Origin: Phoronis australis
Lineage: Eukaryota > Animalia > Phoronida
Assembly: GCA_002633005.1 (NCBI GenBank)
Contig: NMRA01000053.1
Span: 1-64,000, forward strand
Length of the DNA: 64,000 nt
Direction: 5' to 3'
Part shown: in pieces, positions 63,413 to 64,000 of the stretch
How the letters are laid out: the number at the start of each line of letters is the position of its first letter
Position numbering within the stretch: the stretch's first letter is position 1
Position numbers and translations under genes: made by a program
Notes under the pieces: model-generated
The model's database searches: none
What the model was told of the DNA's origin: nothing
The model's input: only the letters and a program-made list of their open reading frames with translations

Positions 63413-64000
63413 TTCCGTATTCCCCCTAATAAGCGCCCCCCATGCGTTTTCAGACTTCACTAAAATAAGCGCCCAGTCCACGAACATGTACATATGCTAA
63501 AACTGCCTTACCTACAGTTCTAAAATTCTACAGTAATGTCTTCAGTTTATCAATAATATCCGACAGTTCTGAAAATCATTGTGCACAGAATTTCTAGACC
63601 AGGAGCCTCGCCGCTTTGTCGGTATTTAGCCTTGACTGTACATTTCAAACTTCCGCAGTGCTTTAGAAAGAACGCAAAAGTTTTGCTGATCTTGCTAGTG
63701 ACGTGTCCCACTATGGTCAGGGCTTTCAGAACAGAAGCAGCGTACTTGTCAGTGGGATTGTATTGTATCTTTCCTGTACAGATCTTCTCCCTCAACAGGA
63801 ATCCAGATTGCTTTGTACACGTAAAAACCCCAAATCGAAACTTGACCAGTGTTAATGAACACGTGGCCAAGAAGCGTGCGCTAGGGCCTACATATATATG
63901 TAGACCTGCTACTCTGGAAAATGAACTCTGACGACACGCACGCACTCGCTCACTCGGCGCATACCTGCACATTAACTTCAAAACAAACTTCACGTGACAA
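63413..64000 (-). mobile_element. Mariner/pogo-like element end adjoining a frameshifted HIRAN-like ORF; runs off the window
   Basis: The end reads tccgtattccccctaataagcgcccc. The minus-strand peptide is SIWGFYVYKAIWIPVEGEDL [frameshift] NPTDKYAASVLK..IVGHVTSKISKTFAFFLKHCGSLKCTV..GLEILCTMIF. Confidence 0.6.

Overview
This is animal genomic DNA, AT-rich with GT-AG introns, probably from a marine invertebrate draft assembly with single-N contig joins. It is not prokaryotic. I saw no rRNA, intact tRNA or CRISPR array. Five spliced genes can be built by hand: a C7orf31/SPMIP4 homologue (+, 5' exons not found), an unrecognised 135-aa gene (-), CCDC14 (-), cytosolic 5'-nucleotidase III NT5C3 (+), and the heme transporter HRG1/SLC48A1 (-). 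CCDC14 and NT5C3 are head-to-head across a promoter with NRF1 and YY1 motifs. There is also a disrupted gene for a secreted PAN/apple-domain protein. The rest is repeats: LINE fragments, MITEs, a foldback element, Helentron-type elements with CTCF-like motif arrays, and a mariner/pogo-like end next to a HIRAN-like ORF. Gene identities come from my recollection of the human proteins, not from a database search. I found no convincing wholly new biological system. The best leads are listed as findings.
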